From assembly GCA_050253335.1 (NCBI GenBank), contig JBFWJG010000029.1, positions 1 to 32,547 of the forward strand: a DNA stretch of 32,547 bases, written 5' to 3'. Source of the DNA: Deferribacterales bacterium (GTDB taxonomy: Bacteria; Chrysiogenota; Deferribacteres; Deferribacterales; Geovibrionaceae). Made by a program: the position numbers and the translations under genes. Position 1 is the stretch's first letter. Each line of letters starts with the position of its first letter. This document shows, piece after piece, positions 17,280 through 27,080 of this stretch. The notes under the pieces were generated by a model. The model did no database searches, was not told the DNA's origin, and worked only from the letters and a program-made list of their open reading frames with translations.

Positions 17280-18459
17280 TGCCTGCCCCTCCTTCAGATG
17301 ACAGTGCGGAAAGGAGCGAACCCCTTACCACCGCGCCTTTCAGCACGCCTTTTTCATCAACAACAGCTATGGGGAACTTTGTGGCAGCAAACAGACTGCT
17401 GATGTTCTCGTCCGGAAGAACGCTCACCACATCCCTGTCCAGAACCTCCTCCAGAGTCTTATGATTCAGTTCGGAGGCCTTGCGCACATCCCGCACATGG
17501 ACTATCCCCATGAACTGGCGCTCCCTGTTCACCACCATCACGGAGGAGATCCCCTCCTCCTTCATCTTGAGCAGGGCGGACTTGGGGCCGTCTTTGGGAT
17601 AGGTGACGGCAAAAGGCTTCATCATAACGCTTGAAACAGTGAGAACCTTGGAAAGATCCACATTCTCCACAAATTTCTCAACATACATATTTGCGGGGTT
17701 TGTGAGTATCTCCTCAGGTTCGCCTATCTGAACCACACGGCCGTCTTTCATCAGGACAATTCTGTCTCCAAGTTTGAGCGCCTCGTCAAGATCATGGGTG
17801 ATGAAAACTATTGTCTTGTTCACTCTTGCCTGAAGAGAGAGCAGTTCGTCCTGCATCTCACGCTTTATCAGCGGATCAAGTGCGCTGAACGCCTCATCCA
17901 TCAGCAGAATATCTGGCTCAACGGCAAGAGCCCTCGCCAGTCCCACCCTCTGCTGCATACCGCCGCTGAGGTTTTCCGGATAGTAGTCCTCCCAGCCTTT
18001 CAGCCCCACCAAATCAAGGGCATCGGCCGCGCGCCTGAGCCTCTCCTCTTTGGGTACATCCTGCACCTCAAGTCCGTAAGCGGCGTTTTCGATGACACTT
18101 TTATGGGGAAAGAGAGCGAAACGCTGGAAAACCATGCCGAACTTCTTTGAGCGGAGCTCGCGCAGTTCGTCTCTGCTGAATTTGGTGATGTCCTGCCCGT
18201 CCACTGTGACTGCGCCTTCTGTCGGCTCTATGAGCCTGTTAAGGCAGCGGATCAGGGTGGATTTGCCCGAGCCGGACAGACCCATAACCACAAGTATCTC
18301 CCCCTCCTTAACGGAGAAAGACACATTGTCAAGCCCCACGGCAACGCCGTGCTTCTTCATAATCTCTTCTTTCCTCATGCCTTTTTTCATGTCATTAATG
18401 GCTTGGGGAACATTTTCGCCGAAGAGTTTATAAAGGTTTTTAACCCCAATTTTACACAT
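17272..18459 (-). CDS. opuAA: Glycine betaine/proline ABC transporter ATP-binding subunit with CBS pair
   Basis: Walker A GLSGSGKST, LSGGMQQRVGLARA, MDEAFSALDP; C-terminal CBS domains. Confidence 0.95.
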   Translation of the reverse strand: MCKIGVKNLYKLFGENVPQAINDMKKGMRKEEIMKKHGVAVGLDNVSFSVKEGEILVVMGLSGSGKSTLIRCLNRLIEPTEGAVTVDGQDITKFSRDELRELRSKKFGMVFQRFALFPHKSVIENAAYGLEVQDVPKEERLRRAADALDLVGLKGWEDYYPENLSGGMQQRVGLARALAVEPDILLMDEAFSALDPLIKREMQDELLSLQARVNKTIVFITHDLDEALKLGDRIVLMKDGRVVQIGEPEEILTNPANMYVEKFVENVDLSKVLTVSSVMMKPFAVTYPKDGPKSALLKMKEEGISSVMVVNRERQFMGIVHVRDVRKASELNHKTLEEVLDRDVVSVLPDENISSLFAATKFPIAVVDEKGVLKGAVVRGSLLSALSSEGGAGNG

Positions 18460-18534
18460 AGTACCTTATCCTTATCAAATATGAATAACTGAATATTGGT
18501 TATTGTTATATTTGATATATAAAGCATTTTTATA

Positions 18535-18564
18535 TGACAGATCAAGTCTTTTATTTATCTGTCA
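18535..18564. promoter_or_regulatory. Inverted repeat in the AT-rich opuA promoter region (candidate operator)
   Basis: TGACAGATCAA-N8-TTTATCTGTCA (11-bp arms, 1 mismatch); the right arm overlaps a minus-strand TTGACA. Confidence 0.45.
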
Positions 18565-18649
18565 AGGAAAAATATCATATTTACGAATATCTTATAGAAC
18601 CTGAGACGCCTGTCCGAAGACAGGATTTTTCTATGGCGGGTTTTTCTGA

Positions 18650-18685
18650 GAACCCTTCTCCCCGGAAAGCCGGGAAGAAGGGTTC
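18650..18685 (-). terminator. Strong hairpin after napH (probable end of the nap transcript)
   Basis: GAACCCTTCTCCCCGG-AAAG-CCGGGAAGAAGGGTTC, 24 bp beyond the napH stop; no clear U tract. Confidence 0.5.
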
Positions 18686-18709
18686 AGAGGAGAAGTTATG
18701 AAGTTTGTT

Positions 18710-19528
18710 TTATCTGCCGCTTATGAAGCGGAGAGTCTCTTTCTTTCTGTTATCCGGGCATGTGTCTATGCAGTCCCCGCAGTTGTGGCAGAGGAGGCTG
18801 CTTCCGTCCTTCACAGGGTCAATACCCATGGGGCAGACCTTTCTGCATGAACCGCACATGGAACAGCCGTCCGCAACTCTTTTAAGGTGCATCCCCCTCT
18901 CGGATTTGAAAAGCGAAAGGAAGGTTCCCGTCGGGCAGAAGAGCCTGCACCAGAAAAAAGGGAAAAGCACGAACTCGGCTATTATCAGGGCAAGGATAAA
19001 CACCAGCTCGAATGTGACATAGTGAAACTTAACCAGCACAAGCGCTTGGGAGGAGATGATCCCGGGAGCAGAGATAAGGTTAAGCAGGGGTATGCCCGCA
19101 ACGCCCGCAAGCGTTATGAAGCAGACAAGGATCAAGAGCCTTGCTGTTTCTGTCCGCCTTTTGCCTTCCGCCGAGTAAACGGGGAAGCTCTTTTTCATCC
19201 CCAGCTTCTTCTTCACGAAGCTTACGCCCTCCACAATGAAGTGATAAGGGCACATCCACGAACACCAGATCCTCCCCGCAAGAATCATGAGCAGGATAGG
19301 GATAATCACGGAGAGAGCCATATATATATTCACCGATTTTGAAGACACAGCCGCCTGAAAAACCGCAATGGGATCGGCAGCGGCGGCGCTTCCCACATCA
19401 ATGGAATAGAAAGTGCCTTTGATGAAATATATTTCCATTATGTTCAGAAGGGGGATGATAAACATCATCAGAAAAACAGCCGTCTGAACCAGCCTTCTGT
19501 ATTTTTTTATTCTACTCTGTCCAGCCAT
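18710..19528 (-). CDS. napH: Quinol dehydrogenase membrane subunit NapH
   Basis: TM helices, GRIWCSWMCP and FWCRLFCP motifs, two ferredoxin motifs CSMCGSCRKVCP and CHNCGDCIDTCP. Confidence 0.9.
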   Translation of the reverse strand: MAGQSRIKKYRRLVQTAVFLMMFIIPLLNIMEIYFIKGTFYSIDVGSAAAADPIAVFQAAVSSKSVNIYMALSVIIPILLMILAGRIWCSWMCPYHFIVEGVSFVKKKLGMKKSFPVYSAEGKRRTETARLLILVCFITLAGVAGIPLLNLISAPGIISSQALVLVKFHYVTFELVFILALIIAEFVLFPFFWCRLFCPTGTFLSLFKSERGMHLKRVADGCSMCGSCRKVCPMGIDPVKDGSSLLCHNCGDCIDTCPDNRKKETLRFISGR

Positions 19529-20264
19529 CTATCTTATCCGTGGTTTCATAATCAAACTTGAACTCAGGCTTTTCGCCCGCGGAGTCGATGCTCATCTTTT
19601 TCTGAATGGCGTCATCACCGCCGTATCCGCCGCCGTCGTCTGCTTTTTTGAAATTTCTGCGGGAGCGCTGGTAGTAGAGACCGGCGAGATCCTCGTTCCC
19701 CATTCCGGCCGGAATAATGCTGACAGATTTCGGCTCCGTGGGGCATTTTTCCACACATATGCCGCACCCTGTGCACTTCTCCGTGATAACCGGAAGAAGA
19801 TACTGCTCCATTATGATAGCTTCGTCTGTATATGGGCATACGTTGTAGCAGGTGGAGCAGATGGTGGCGAACCCCTGTGTTCCGCCTGCATTTTCATCTT
19901 TTACATAAAGATAGTTCAGGCATTTGTCCTGCTCTATGTAGGCAAGACCCATGCGTACCTTTTCCGGCTCGTTCAGTTTGGGGTCAAGGGCTCCTGTTGG
20001 GCATACGGAGGGGCAGAGCATACAGAGATAGCAGGCGCGGTCATCGGCGTAAACATAAGGAGTTCCGATCTGAAGCCTGTCGAAAAGATCCGCTCTTTTG
20101 ACAGACTCATAAGGACAGACCTCAATACACCGCGCACAGCGGATGCAGAGTTCCATGAATTTCTCTTCCGTAACCGCTCCGGGCGGGCGGAGCCTGTTGC
20201 GCCTGAAGTATCCTTTGAAAGGGTTTTTGTTCAGGTAGTTTTTCACCTTTTCACGAAGGCTCAT
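19512..20264 (-). CDS. napG: Ferredoxin-type protein NapG
   Basis: LRPPGA, CIRCARCIEVCP, CYLCMLCPSVCPTGAL, CSTCYNVCP, CTGCGICVEKCP. Confidence 0.9.
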   Translation of the reverse strand: MSLREKVKNYLNKNPFKGYFRRNRLRPPGAVTEEKFMELCIRCARCIEVCPYESVKRADLFDRLQIGTPYVYADDRACYLCMLCPSVCPTGALDPKLNEPEKVRMGLAYIEQDKCLNYLYVKDENAGGTQGFATICSTCYNVCPYTDEAIIMEQYLLPVITEKCTGCGICVEKCPTEPKSVSIIPAGMGNEDLAGLYYQRSRRNFKKADDGGGYGGDDAIQKKMSIDSAGEKPEFKFDYETTDKIDGWTE

Positions 20265-20581
20265 ACAGCTTCGTCGGTTTTAATCCCCGCACTTTTGAAG
20301 AGTTCCTCCAGCGCGGGCGCCTCGCCCCGTTCCAGCATTTTTTCCACTTCTTCGCCGAAGTACATGTAATGATGGGCTATATCTTTTATATTCTCGTCCT
20401 TTTTCAGACTGTTGGTTATCTGTTCCAGAGTTCCGGTGTTTTCTGTCTCAATGGCGGCCACTGCGGTCATTCCATCGTCGGAGCTGGCGTAGATCTCTAT
20501 CTGCGGGTAAGCTTTCAGCGCTTCAAGGCCTGCTTCTCTTCCGCCTTCTTCGAATGTTATTATGCTGCCGGTGAATATCAT
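20261..20581 (-). CDS. napD: NapA maturation chaperone NapD
   Basis: About 100-aa acidic protein directly after napA with a NapD-like pattern (GSII..P.IEIYA..G..VAAIE). Confidence 0.78.
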   Translation of the reverse strand: MIFTGSIITFEEGGREAGLEALKAYPQIEIYASSDDGMTAVAAIETENTGTLEQITNSLKKDENIKDIAHHYMYFGEEVEKMLERGEAPALEELFKSAGIKTDEAV

Positions 20582-20657
20582 AAATAAACTCCTTTAATAT
20601 TAAGACCCGCCCGCCTTATGAATGATAAGTGCGGGCAGGCCTTTAAGAGATGGAGGT

Positions 20658-23039
20658 TTAAGCGAAAGGAGCGTTAATATCGGATATGAAATATTTGTCC
20701 GCAACGTCTTTCGGTCCGCTTATGCGTTTGATCCGCACGGCGGCTATTTTAAACTCAGGTTCTTTTGAGTCGGGGTCAACAACGTCATTGCAGACGAAGT
20801 TGATCATCCTGGCGTATACCTGATCGTGCCAGGGCACGAAAGCAACACCGGGAAGAGTTCCTTTAGTGATGCTTGCGGGCATAACGTTTCTGCCCCTTCT
20901 GCTCACTATCTCCACCATGTCCCCTGAGGTTATGCCGAGCTGCTTCGCGTCATCCGGATGGATTTCAACATAAGCGTTCGGGTGTGTTCTCGCTATTTCG
21001 GGAATACGCATTGTCATAGTTCCCGTGTGCCACTGCTCAACAACCCTTCCTGTGGTGAGATAGAAGGGATATTCCTTATCGGGCACTTCTCCGGGACCGT
21101 CGAACGGACGGAGGAAGAGGTTCAGCTTGCCTTCCTTCTTCGCATCTGCGTAGAAGTAGATAGTCGCGCTGTCGGGTATGCCGTCTTTCTCTGCCGGATG
21201 CTCAAACATGGGGTCGAGCCCTCTGACATAGCGTCTTTCCGTTCCGGGGTGGTCAACGGACGGGCAGGGCCACTGAAGACCGGCCTTCTCTTTTTTCAGC
21301 CTGTCGTATGTTGCGCCCCAGAGGGTGTGCTCTGTGTCTTTTGTAACTGCGATATAGTCTTCCCATGCCATCTGGTTTGCTTTCATGGAGTCATTGCCGT
21401 TCCATGGGATGAGTTTTTCCAGACCCATTCTTTTGGCTATCTGCGCCGCTATCCAGACATCAGGCTTTGCCTGTCCGACCGGTTCAACCGCTTTTTCGGT
21501 AAGCTGGCTTCTGCGCTCGGAGCATCCGTAAACCCCGCCTTTCTCATAAAGGAAGGCAGCGGGAAGGATAACATCCGCAAGCTGGGTTGTTCTTGTGGGG
21601 AAGATATCCAGAACCACAAGGAAGCTGTCCTGCATACCCTTGATATATTTATTGAGGTTGGGCAGAGACTGGGCAGGGTTTGTGGTGCTCACAAGCATTG
21701 CCTTAACGGGTTTTTCCGCATCGTTTTCAGCACCGAGCTTCTCGAACATGAGCATGGTGTGGAAGCCGGGTTTGGGGTCAATTGTCCCTGCGGGGATATT
21801 CCATGATTTTTCCACATGAGCGCGCCATTTGTCGTTTGCGACAGGCTTTGTTCCGGGAAGGAGATGGGCAAGGGCGCCTGTCTCACGCACACCGCCGCAG
21901 GCATTGGGCTGGCCGGTAAGCGAGAAGGAATCCGCGCCGGGTTTGCCCATGTTGCCGGTGATTATGTGGAGGTTGTGCACAAGGTTGTTCGCCCAGAGGC
22001 CTCTTTTACGCTGGTTAAGACCCATACACCACATTGACATGGTAGCGCCGCTTGTGGCGAACCACTCGGCCGCTTTCACTATGTGGTCTGCGGGGCATCT
22101 TGTGAGTTTTTCAACCGCTTCGGGAGTGAACTGGGCAAGGAATTTTTTGTATTCCTCTAAATCCACAACCTCTTTGCCTGTGGTAAGGCGTGCGTGCTTG
22201 GCTATGAAATCCCTGTCATGGAGGTTTTTGGAGATAATCACGTTCGCCATTGCGTGGAATACCGCAAGGTCGGTACCCGGGTCATTGGGCAGCCAGAGGT
22301 CGGCGATTTTCGCCGTGCTGGTTTTTCTGGGTTCACAGACAATTATTTTCACATCGGGGTTTTTCATTTTATGGCGCATTACCCTTCTGTAGATTACAGG
22401 GTGGCATTCGCTCATGTTTGAGCCCACGATGAATATGCATTTTGAGTTTTCTATATCCGAGTAGCTTCCCATCGGCTCATCGGAACCGAAAGTTGATATA
22501 TAGCCCGCAACAGCGGAAGCCATGCAGAGCCTGGGGTTGCCTTCCACCATGTTGCTGCGGAAGCCGCCCTTCCAGAGTTTGTTGAATGTATAGGTCTCCT
22601 CCGTGGTGCACTGGCCGCTGCCGTAGTAGGCTACTGCGTCCTTGCCGTATTTCTCACGGAAGTATTTGAATTTGCTTGCGACAAGGTCAAGAGCCTCGTC
22701 CCATGAGGCTGATTTGAATTTGCCGTCTTTCTGGCGGATCATGGGTGTTTTCAGCCTGTCAGGGTGATACATGCACTTATACGCAAGGAAGCCCTTGACG
22801 CAGAGGAAGCCGAAGTTTGTTTTGGCATCGGGGTTTCCTTTTATGGCAACCGCCTTGCCGTTTTTAACTCCGACATAAACACCGCATCCGGTTCCGCAGA
22901 AACGGCATGCGCCTTTTACCCACTTATCAACATCCGCGCCTTCGGCGGAGTGAGCCGCTTCGGGAAGGGATATTCCGACAGAAGCCGCAGCGCTGGCCGC
23001 TACGGTGAATTTAATAAAATCTCGTCTTGAAACGTTCAT
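20658..23039 (-). CDS. napA: Periplasmic nitrate reductase catalytic subunit
   Basis: Tat signal SRRDFIK, [4Fe-4S] motif CRFCGTGC..C, GSGQ, NPRLCMASA (Mo-ligating Cys), SLTGQPNACG, LTTGRVVEQWHTGTMT. Confidence 0.96.
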   Translation of the reverse strand: MNVSRRDFIKFTVAASAAASVGISLPEAAHSAEGADVDKWVKGACRFCGTGCGVYVGVKNGKAVAIKGNPDAKTNFGFLCVKGFLAYKCMYHPDRLKTPMIRQKDGKFKSASWDEALDLVASKFKYFREKYGKDAVAYYGSGQCTTEETYTFNKLWKGGFRSNMVEGNPRLCMASAVAGYISTFGSDEPMGSYSDIENSKCIFIVGSNMSECHPVIYRRVMRHKMKNPDVKIIVCEPRKTSTAKIADLWLPNDPGTDLAVFHAMANVIISKNLHDRDFIAKHARLTTGKEVVDLEEYKKFLAQFTPEAVEKLTRCPADHIVKAAEWFATSGATMSMWCMGLNQRKRGLWANNLVHNLHIITGNMGKPGADSFSLTGQPNACGGVRETGALAHLLPGTKPVANDKWRAHVEKSWNIPAGTIDPKPGFHTMLMFEKLGAENDAEKPVKAMLVSTTNPAQSLPNLNKYIKGMQDSFLVVLDIFPTRTTQLADVILPAAFLYEKGGVYGCSERRSQLTEKAVEPVGQAKPDVWIAAQIAKRMGLEKLIPWNGNDSMKANQMAWEDYIAVTKDTEHTLWGATYDRLKKEKAGLQWPCPSVDHPGTERRYVRGLDPMFEHPAEKDGIPDSATIYFYADAKKEGKLNLFLRPFDGPGEVPDKEYPFYLTTGRVVEQWHTGTMTMRIPEIARTHPNAYVEIHPDDAKQLGITSGDMVEIVSRRGRNVMPASITKGTLPGVAFVPWHDQVYARMINFVCNDVVDPDSKEPEFKIAAVRIKRISGPKDVADKYFISDINAPFA

Positions 23040-23050
23040 CTTTCTCTCCG

Positions 23051-23404
23051 CTACTTGTAGTCTTTCTGCTTATGTACAGTGAAGGTGTGGACCGGGTGGC
23101 ATGAGGCGCAGGTTTTGTCCGCCATGAAGTTGTTCTCGACCTGTTTTGCGTGACATCCCTGACAGATTTCGTTTGACGGTGATTTTTTGAAATTGAACTC
23201 ATCGCCGTGGCATACGCCGCATTTAACGCCTGTGAAGCCGTGCGCGCTCTCTTCCCACTGCTTGGCGGCATCCGGAGTCACTTCAACGTGACATTCCATA
23301 CAGTCTTTGTTCCCTATTTCCTCCGGATGCTTATCCGCATAAACGGCGAAAGCCGTGAGGAACAACGTCAGCGCGATGAAGCCGACCTTAATAAAATTAA
23401 ACAT
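23051..23404 (-). CDS. napM: Small periplasmic tetraheme cytochrome c (NapM-type)
   Basis: Signal peptide plus four CxxCH motifs (CMECH, CGVCH, CQGCH, CASCH) immediately upstream of napA. Confidence 0.82.
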   Translation of the reverse strand: MFNFIKVGFIALTLFLTAFAVYADKHPEEIGNKDCMECHVEVTPDAAKQWEESAHGFTGVKCGVCHGDEFNFKKSPSNEICQGCHAKQVENNFMADKTCASCHPVHTFTVHKQKDYK

Positions 23405-23645
23405 TCTGGACCTCCTGATGTTTACTCTGGTAACACTATAGATCCAAGAATGTTAAGGGGGTTTTAATCTTGTATATGGGCGGTTAAGATTGCAAAGCAC
23501 TTCCTTTACATTATTTAACCCCTAGCAGGGCAGTATGCTTTTGCAGAATAAGACAATTTTCATCGGTTAATTATTAAACGGCGTTTGCCGGAGGCGGTCT
23601 GCTTAAAACGGATTTAAGAAAATTACAAAAACGGACAGGCTTTTT

Positions 23646-26600
23646 CTAGCCCTCCGCCCTGCGGGCGACAACCCTGTTCCGTCCCTCTCTTTTTGCCTGA
23701 TAAAGAGCCTGATCCGCCGCCTTCATCATTGCGCTCTCGGTAATCTGTCCGCCGTGGTCTGTCACGCCGATGCTGCATGTGACGCTTCCCACTATCATAA
23801 ATTCTCGGGATTCCACAGCTGAACGGAGCTTTTCGGCAAGCCTTACGGCGCCGTCCAGATCGGTCTCGGGGCATATTATAAGAAACTCCTCGCCCCCCCA
23901 GCGGCCGATTGTATCTGTTTTTCTTATGCTTCCGCCCAGAACCTCAGCGACTTCCCTGAGGATTATATCCCCGGTCTGGTGGCCGAAGCTGTCGTTTATG
24001 CTCTTGAAGCCGTCAACATCTATGAGGATTACCGAAAGGGAGCAGCCGTAGCGCTCGCATCTCTCGATCTCCTTTCTGAAAACCGAATCCAGCCGGAGCC
24101 TGTTGTAAAGTCCCGTGAGCGGGTCCGTGACGGAGAGCTTCTCCATCTGTTTCTTGACCGTTATGTCAGTGCCCACGGCGGTGTATCCGTTTATCCTGCC
24201 GCTTTTGCCGTATGTCGGCGATATGGTGACAGAAATCCAGTAGTCATTCCCCTTTCCGCTGCGGTTTTTCAGCTCCCCTTTCCAGACGCTTCCGCCGCTT
24301 ATCGTGCTCCAGAGGTTTGTGTAAACCTCCCTGTCCATGTCCGGGTGGGAAAGAACGCTGTGGGTGCGGCCTATAAGCTCCTCGCGGGAGAATTCCGCCG
24401 CGCGGCAGAAGGCGTCACTGACATAAAGTATCCTTCCGTTAAGATCGGTTCTGGATACTATTACGTTTTTATCCACTATCTCGGTGTACTCCGAGAGCAT
24501 CCGGTTCATTCTGTCCAGCGCCAGCTGGGCGTTTCTTATATCCGTGACATCCTGCAGGGTTCCTATGAACGCCGCGGGGGCACCGTTTTCTCCTGTTATC
24601 ACACTGCCCCTGATATGCACATGCTTGTGCTCCTCTCCGGGGATGTTAAGCACATGCTCCTCGCTGAAGGACTTTTTCTCCCTGAGAGCCTGCTCTATAA
24701 CCTCTTTGATCCTTTCTCTGTCCCGCTTGCCCACAAACTCCAGAAAAAGCTCTAAAGAGGGGAGCACACTTCCGCTTTCAAGGTTCAGTATCCTGTAATG
24801 CTCGTCCGACCAGACCATTCGCCCCGTGCCTATCTCATAACGCCAGCTTCCGATCTTCGCCAGCGCCTGAGCATCGTCCAGATCCTTCTTGGCTCTGTGG
24901 ACTTCTTCGGCATTGTTCATAAGCATCCGCTGGAGAGACTTCATTTCCGTGACATCCGCAAAAGCGCCTATAACGCCCGCAGGCTCTCCCTCCGAGTTTT
25001 TAAAGGCGCGCTTGTATATAATGACCTTTCTCCTGCTGCCCCGCAGGGTGGTCAGTTCCACTTCATATTCATGCATCCGCCCCGTGTCTTCCAGAGCAAG
25101 CTTGTCGTAGCCGCCCTGAACATCGGTCTGCCCCGGATCAAGGAAGTTGAAATCACGCCTGCCTATTATCTCATCCTTTGACTGAGCGCCCATAAATTCC
25201 AGAAAACGCTGGTTGCAGCCTGTATATTTCAGACTGCGGTCCTTGTAAAACACCGGAACGGGAAGGTTCTCAAGCAGAACCTCCAGAAATCTTCCGTTGT
25301 CGTCAAGCTTGAGCTCAAGGAGCTTTCTGTCTGTTATGTCAAAGTGCAGGCCGACAACCCGCAGCGGCCTTCCGTCCTCGCCGAACACCGCCTTGGCGAA
25401 TGAGCTTACCCACCTGTATGAGCCGTCGCTGCATCTCATCCTGAATTCGCAGGCAAGACGCTCGGATTCGCCGGAAAGCATCCTGTTAACCTCCGCCAGA
25501 GCCCGCTCCCTGTCCGCAGAATGCAGAAGATCACGCCATGACTGGGCACAGCCCTTAACCGCCTTTTCGTCATAGCCGAGCATGGACTTCCACTCAGGGG
25601 AGAAATAGACCTCGTCCGTCAGCAGGTTCCAGTCGTACATGCCTATGCCTGCGGCGTCTGATGCCAGGCTGTATCTGCTCATTGTTTCCCTGAGTTTCTC
25701 CGTTTCGGAATAGAGATCCGTTATGTCGCATATATATCCGAGGAAATGCAGCGCCTTTCCGCTCTCGTCCCTTATGACTTTCGTGGAATCAAGCACCCAT
25801 CTTACTCCGCCGTCCTTCGCGGTTATGCGGTAGGGTTCATGAATAAAACTGCGGACATTGCTCTCAGCGGCATTTTTTACTTCGCTTATCACTCTGCCTA
25901 GATCAGCCTTATGCACAACAGATACATATTTCACTGCTCCGGAGCAGAACTCTCCGGAAGTATAGCCGAAAACATTTTTTACGTTTCCCGTGCAGAAGGT
26001 CACATCCCAGTTCAGGTTGTTGTTCCATCTGAATATCACCGTGGAGCCTTCGTCAAAAAGGGCGTAAAGAGTGTCCAGCTCGCTGTTTCTTTCGCTGTAG
26101 TAGCGGAGGAAGCTCTCAAAGCCTTTTCGCATTATGAGATAAAGAATAACAAAGAGGAGCACGGAAAGGGCAAAGAACAGAAATGTTTTCTCCGCTATGA
26201 GAAGGCTTGCGTCCGTTATGTCGTAGAACGCGCCGAGAACAGCCGCCTCCTGCCCCCTGAAGTTTTTGAAAACAGCACCGCCGCAGACGGCATAGGTGCG
26301 CGAGCCGAACTCGATTACCCTTTCATCGGTATCTGCATACCTCTCAACGAGAAGGGCGTTTTCGCCTCCGGAGTGGAACAGGCGCTCTCCTCCGCCCGCC
26401 GCTGAAGGGCTGAGGCTGCTTTTTGCGATGCTGATATAAGGAATAAGCTCCGGCATGAAATCTTTTACGGTTTCATAGAAATACTGCGGGGAGATGCCCA
26501 CCTCTATGCTTCCCAGATGCCTGCCTTTGCTGTCTATCACGGGGCGCATTATGCGGTAATACAGTCCGGCAGCCCCGAGTTCAAATCCGTAAACCGGACG

Positions 26601-27044
26601 CAGGGAGGAATTGACTTCGCTCACCGAGTCGCGGAAGGCTCCCAGACTGTCCCCTGATTTGTCCGGCATATGCATCCGGATCAGGGAATGCGAGTCCTGA
26701 GTGTGGACATGCATCACGCCTACATATGGATTGTTCTTCCTGAGAAATTCGTATTTCGGAGCGAGGATGCGGATCAGCTTCTCTCTGTCCTCCGAAAGGA
26801 GAGCCTCCGTGAATTCCTCGGATTCGGTGATCTCTTCCAGACGGGCGAGGTAGACCCTTGTAAGCCGCTTGAGATGGTTTTCAAAAAGCATAACCATCTT
26901 GCGGTCAGCCTCAATGATTCTGATCTCAAGGACACTTTTCTGTTCGGAATAAAGCAGAGCGGAAAAAACAAGCGCGAAAAAAGAAAGAACTGAGGCGAGG
27001 ATTACTGCTGTGTTTTTCCTGATGCTGCTGATGGACTTAACCAT
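23646..27044 (-). CDS. Membrane-bound diguanylate cyclase: TM-Cache-TM, multiple PAS, GGDEF
   Basis: Cache-like HVH..SLIRMH..GD, several PAS/PAC repeats, TDPLTGLYNR, DVDGFKSINDSFGH, RWGGEEF. Confidence 0.92.
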   Translation of the reverse strand: MVKSISSIRKNTAVILASVLSFFALVFSALLYSEQKSVLEIRIIEADRKMVMLFENHLKRLTRVYLARLEEITESEEFTEALLSEDREKLIRILAPKYEFLRKNNPYVGVMHVHTQDSHSLIRMHMPDKSGDSLGAFRDSVSEVNSSLRPVYGFELGAAGLYYRIMRPVIDSKGRHLGSIEVGISPQYFYETVKDFMPELIPYISIAKSSLSPSAAGGGERLFHSGGENALLVERYADTDERVIEFGSRTYAVCGGAVFKNFRGQEAAVLGAFYDITDASLLIAEKTFLFFALSVLLFVILYLIMRKGFESFLRYYSERNSELDTLYALFDEGSTVIFRWNNNLNWDVTFCTGNVKNVFGYTSGEFCSGAVKYVSVVHKADLGRVISEVKNAAESNVRSFIHEPYRITAKDGGVRWVLDSTKVIRDESGKALHFLGYICDITDLYSETEKLRETMSRYSLASDAAGIGMYDWNLLTDEVYFSPEWKSMLGYDEKAVKGCAQSWRDLLHSADRERALAEVNRMLSGESERLACEFRMRCSDGSYRWVSSFAKAVFGEDGRPLRVVGLHFDITDRKLLELKLDDNGRFLEVLLENLPVPVFYKDRSLKYTGCNQRFLEFMGAQSKDEIIGRRDFNFLDPGQTDVQGGYDKLALEDTGRMHEYEVELTTLRGSRRKVIIYKRAFKNSEGEPAGVIGAFADVTEMKSLQRMLMNNAEEVHRAKKDLDDAQALAKIGSWRYEIGTGRMVWSDEHYRILNLESGSVLPSLELFLEFVGKRDRERIKEVIEQALREKKSFSEEHVLNIPGEEHKHVHIRGSVITGENGAPAAFIGTLQDVTDIRNAQLALDRMNRMLSEYTEIVDKNVIVSRTDLNGRILYVSDAFCRAAEFSREELIGRTHSVLSHPDMDREVYTNLWSTISGGSVWKGELKNRSGKGNDYWISVTISPTYGKSGRINGYTAVGTDITVKKQMEKLSVTDPLTGLYNRLRLDSVFRKEIERCERYGCSLSVILIDVDGFKSINDSFGHQTGDIILREVAEVLGGSIRKTDTIGRWGGEEFLIICPETDLDGAVRLAEKLRSAVESREFMIVGSVTCSIGVTDHGGQITESAMMKAADQALYQAKREGRNRVVARRAEG

Positions 27045-27080
27045 ATAACCGCCCGGCCGCGGGGCGGTGAGGTTCTGGCC

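Noticed and set aside
20604..20641. Hairpin between napA and napD as a terminator or riboswitch
   Set aside because: Imperfect stem without a U tract; at most an mRNA-stabilising structure, so not called as a feature.
23405..23645. FNR, NarL or sigma54 site upstream of napM
   Set aside because: Only weak partial inverted repeats (AATCTT..AAGATT; TGCAAAGCA/TGCTTTTGCA); no convincing TTGAT-N4-ATCAA or TGGCAC-N5-TTGC match.
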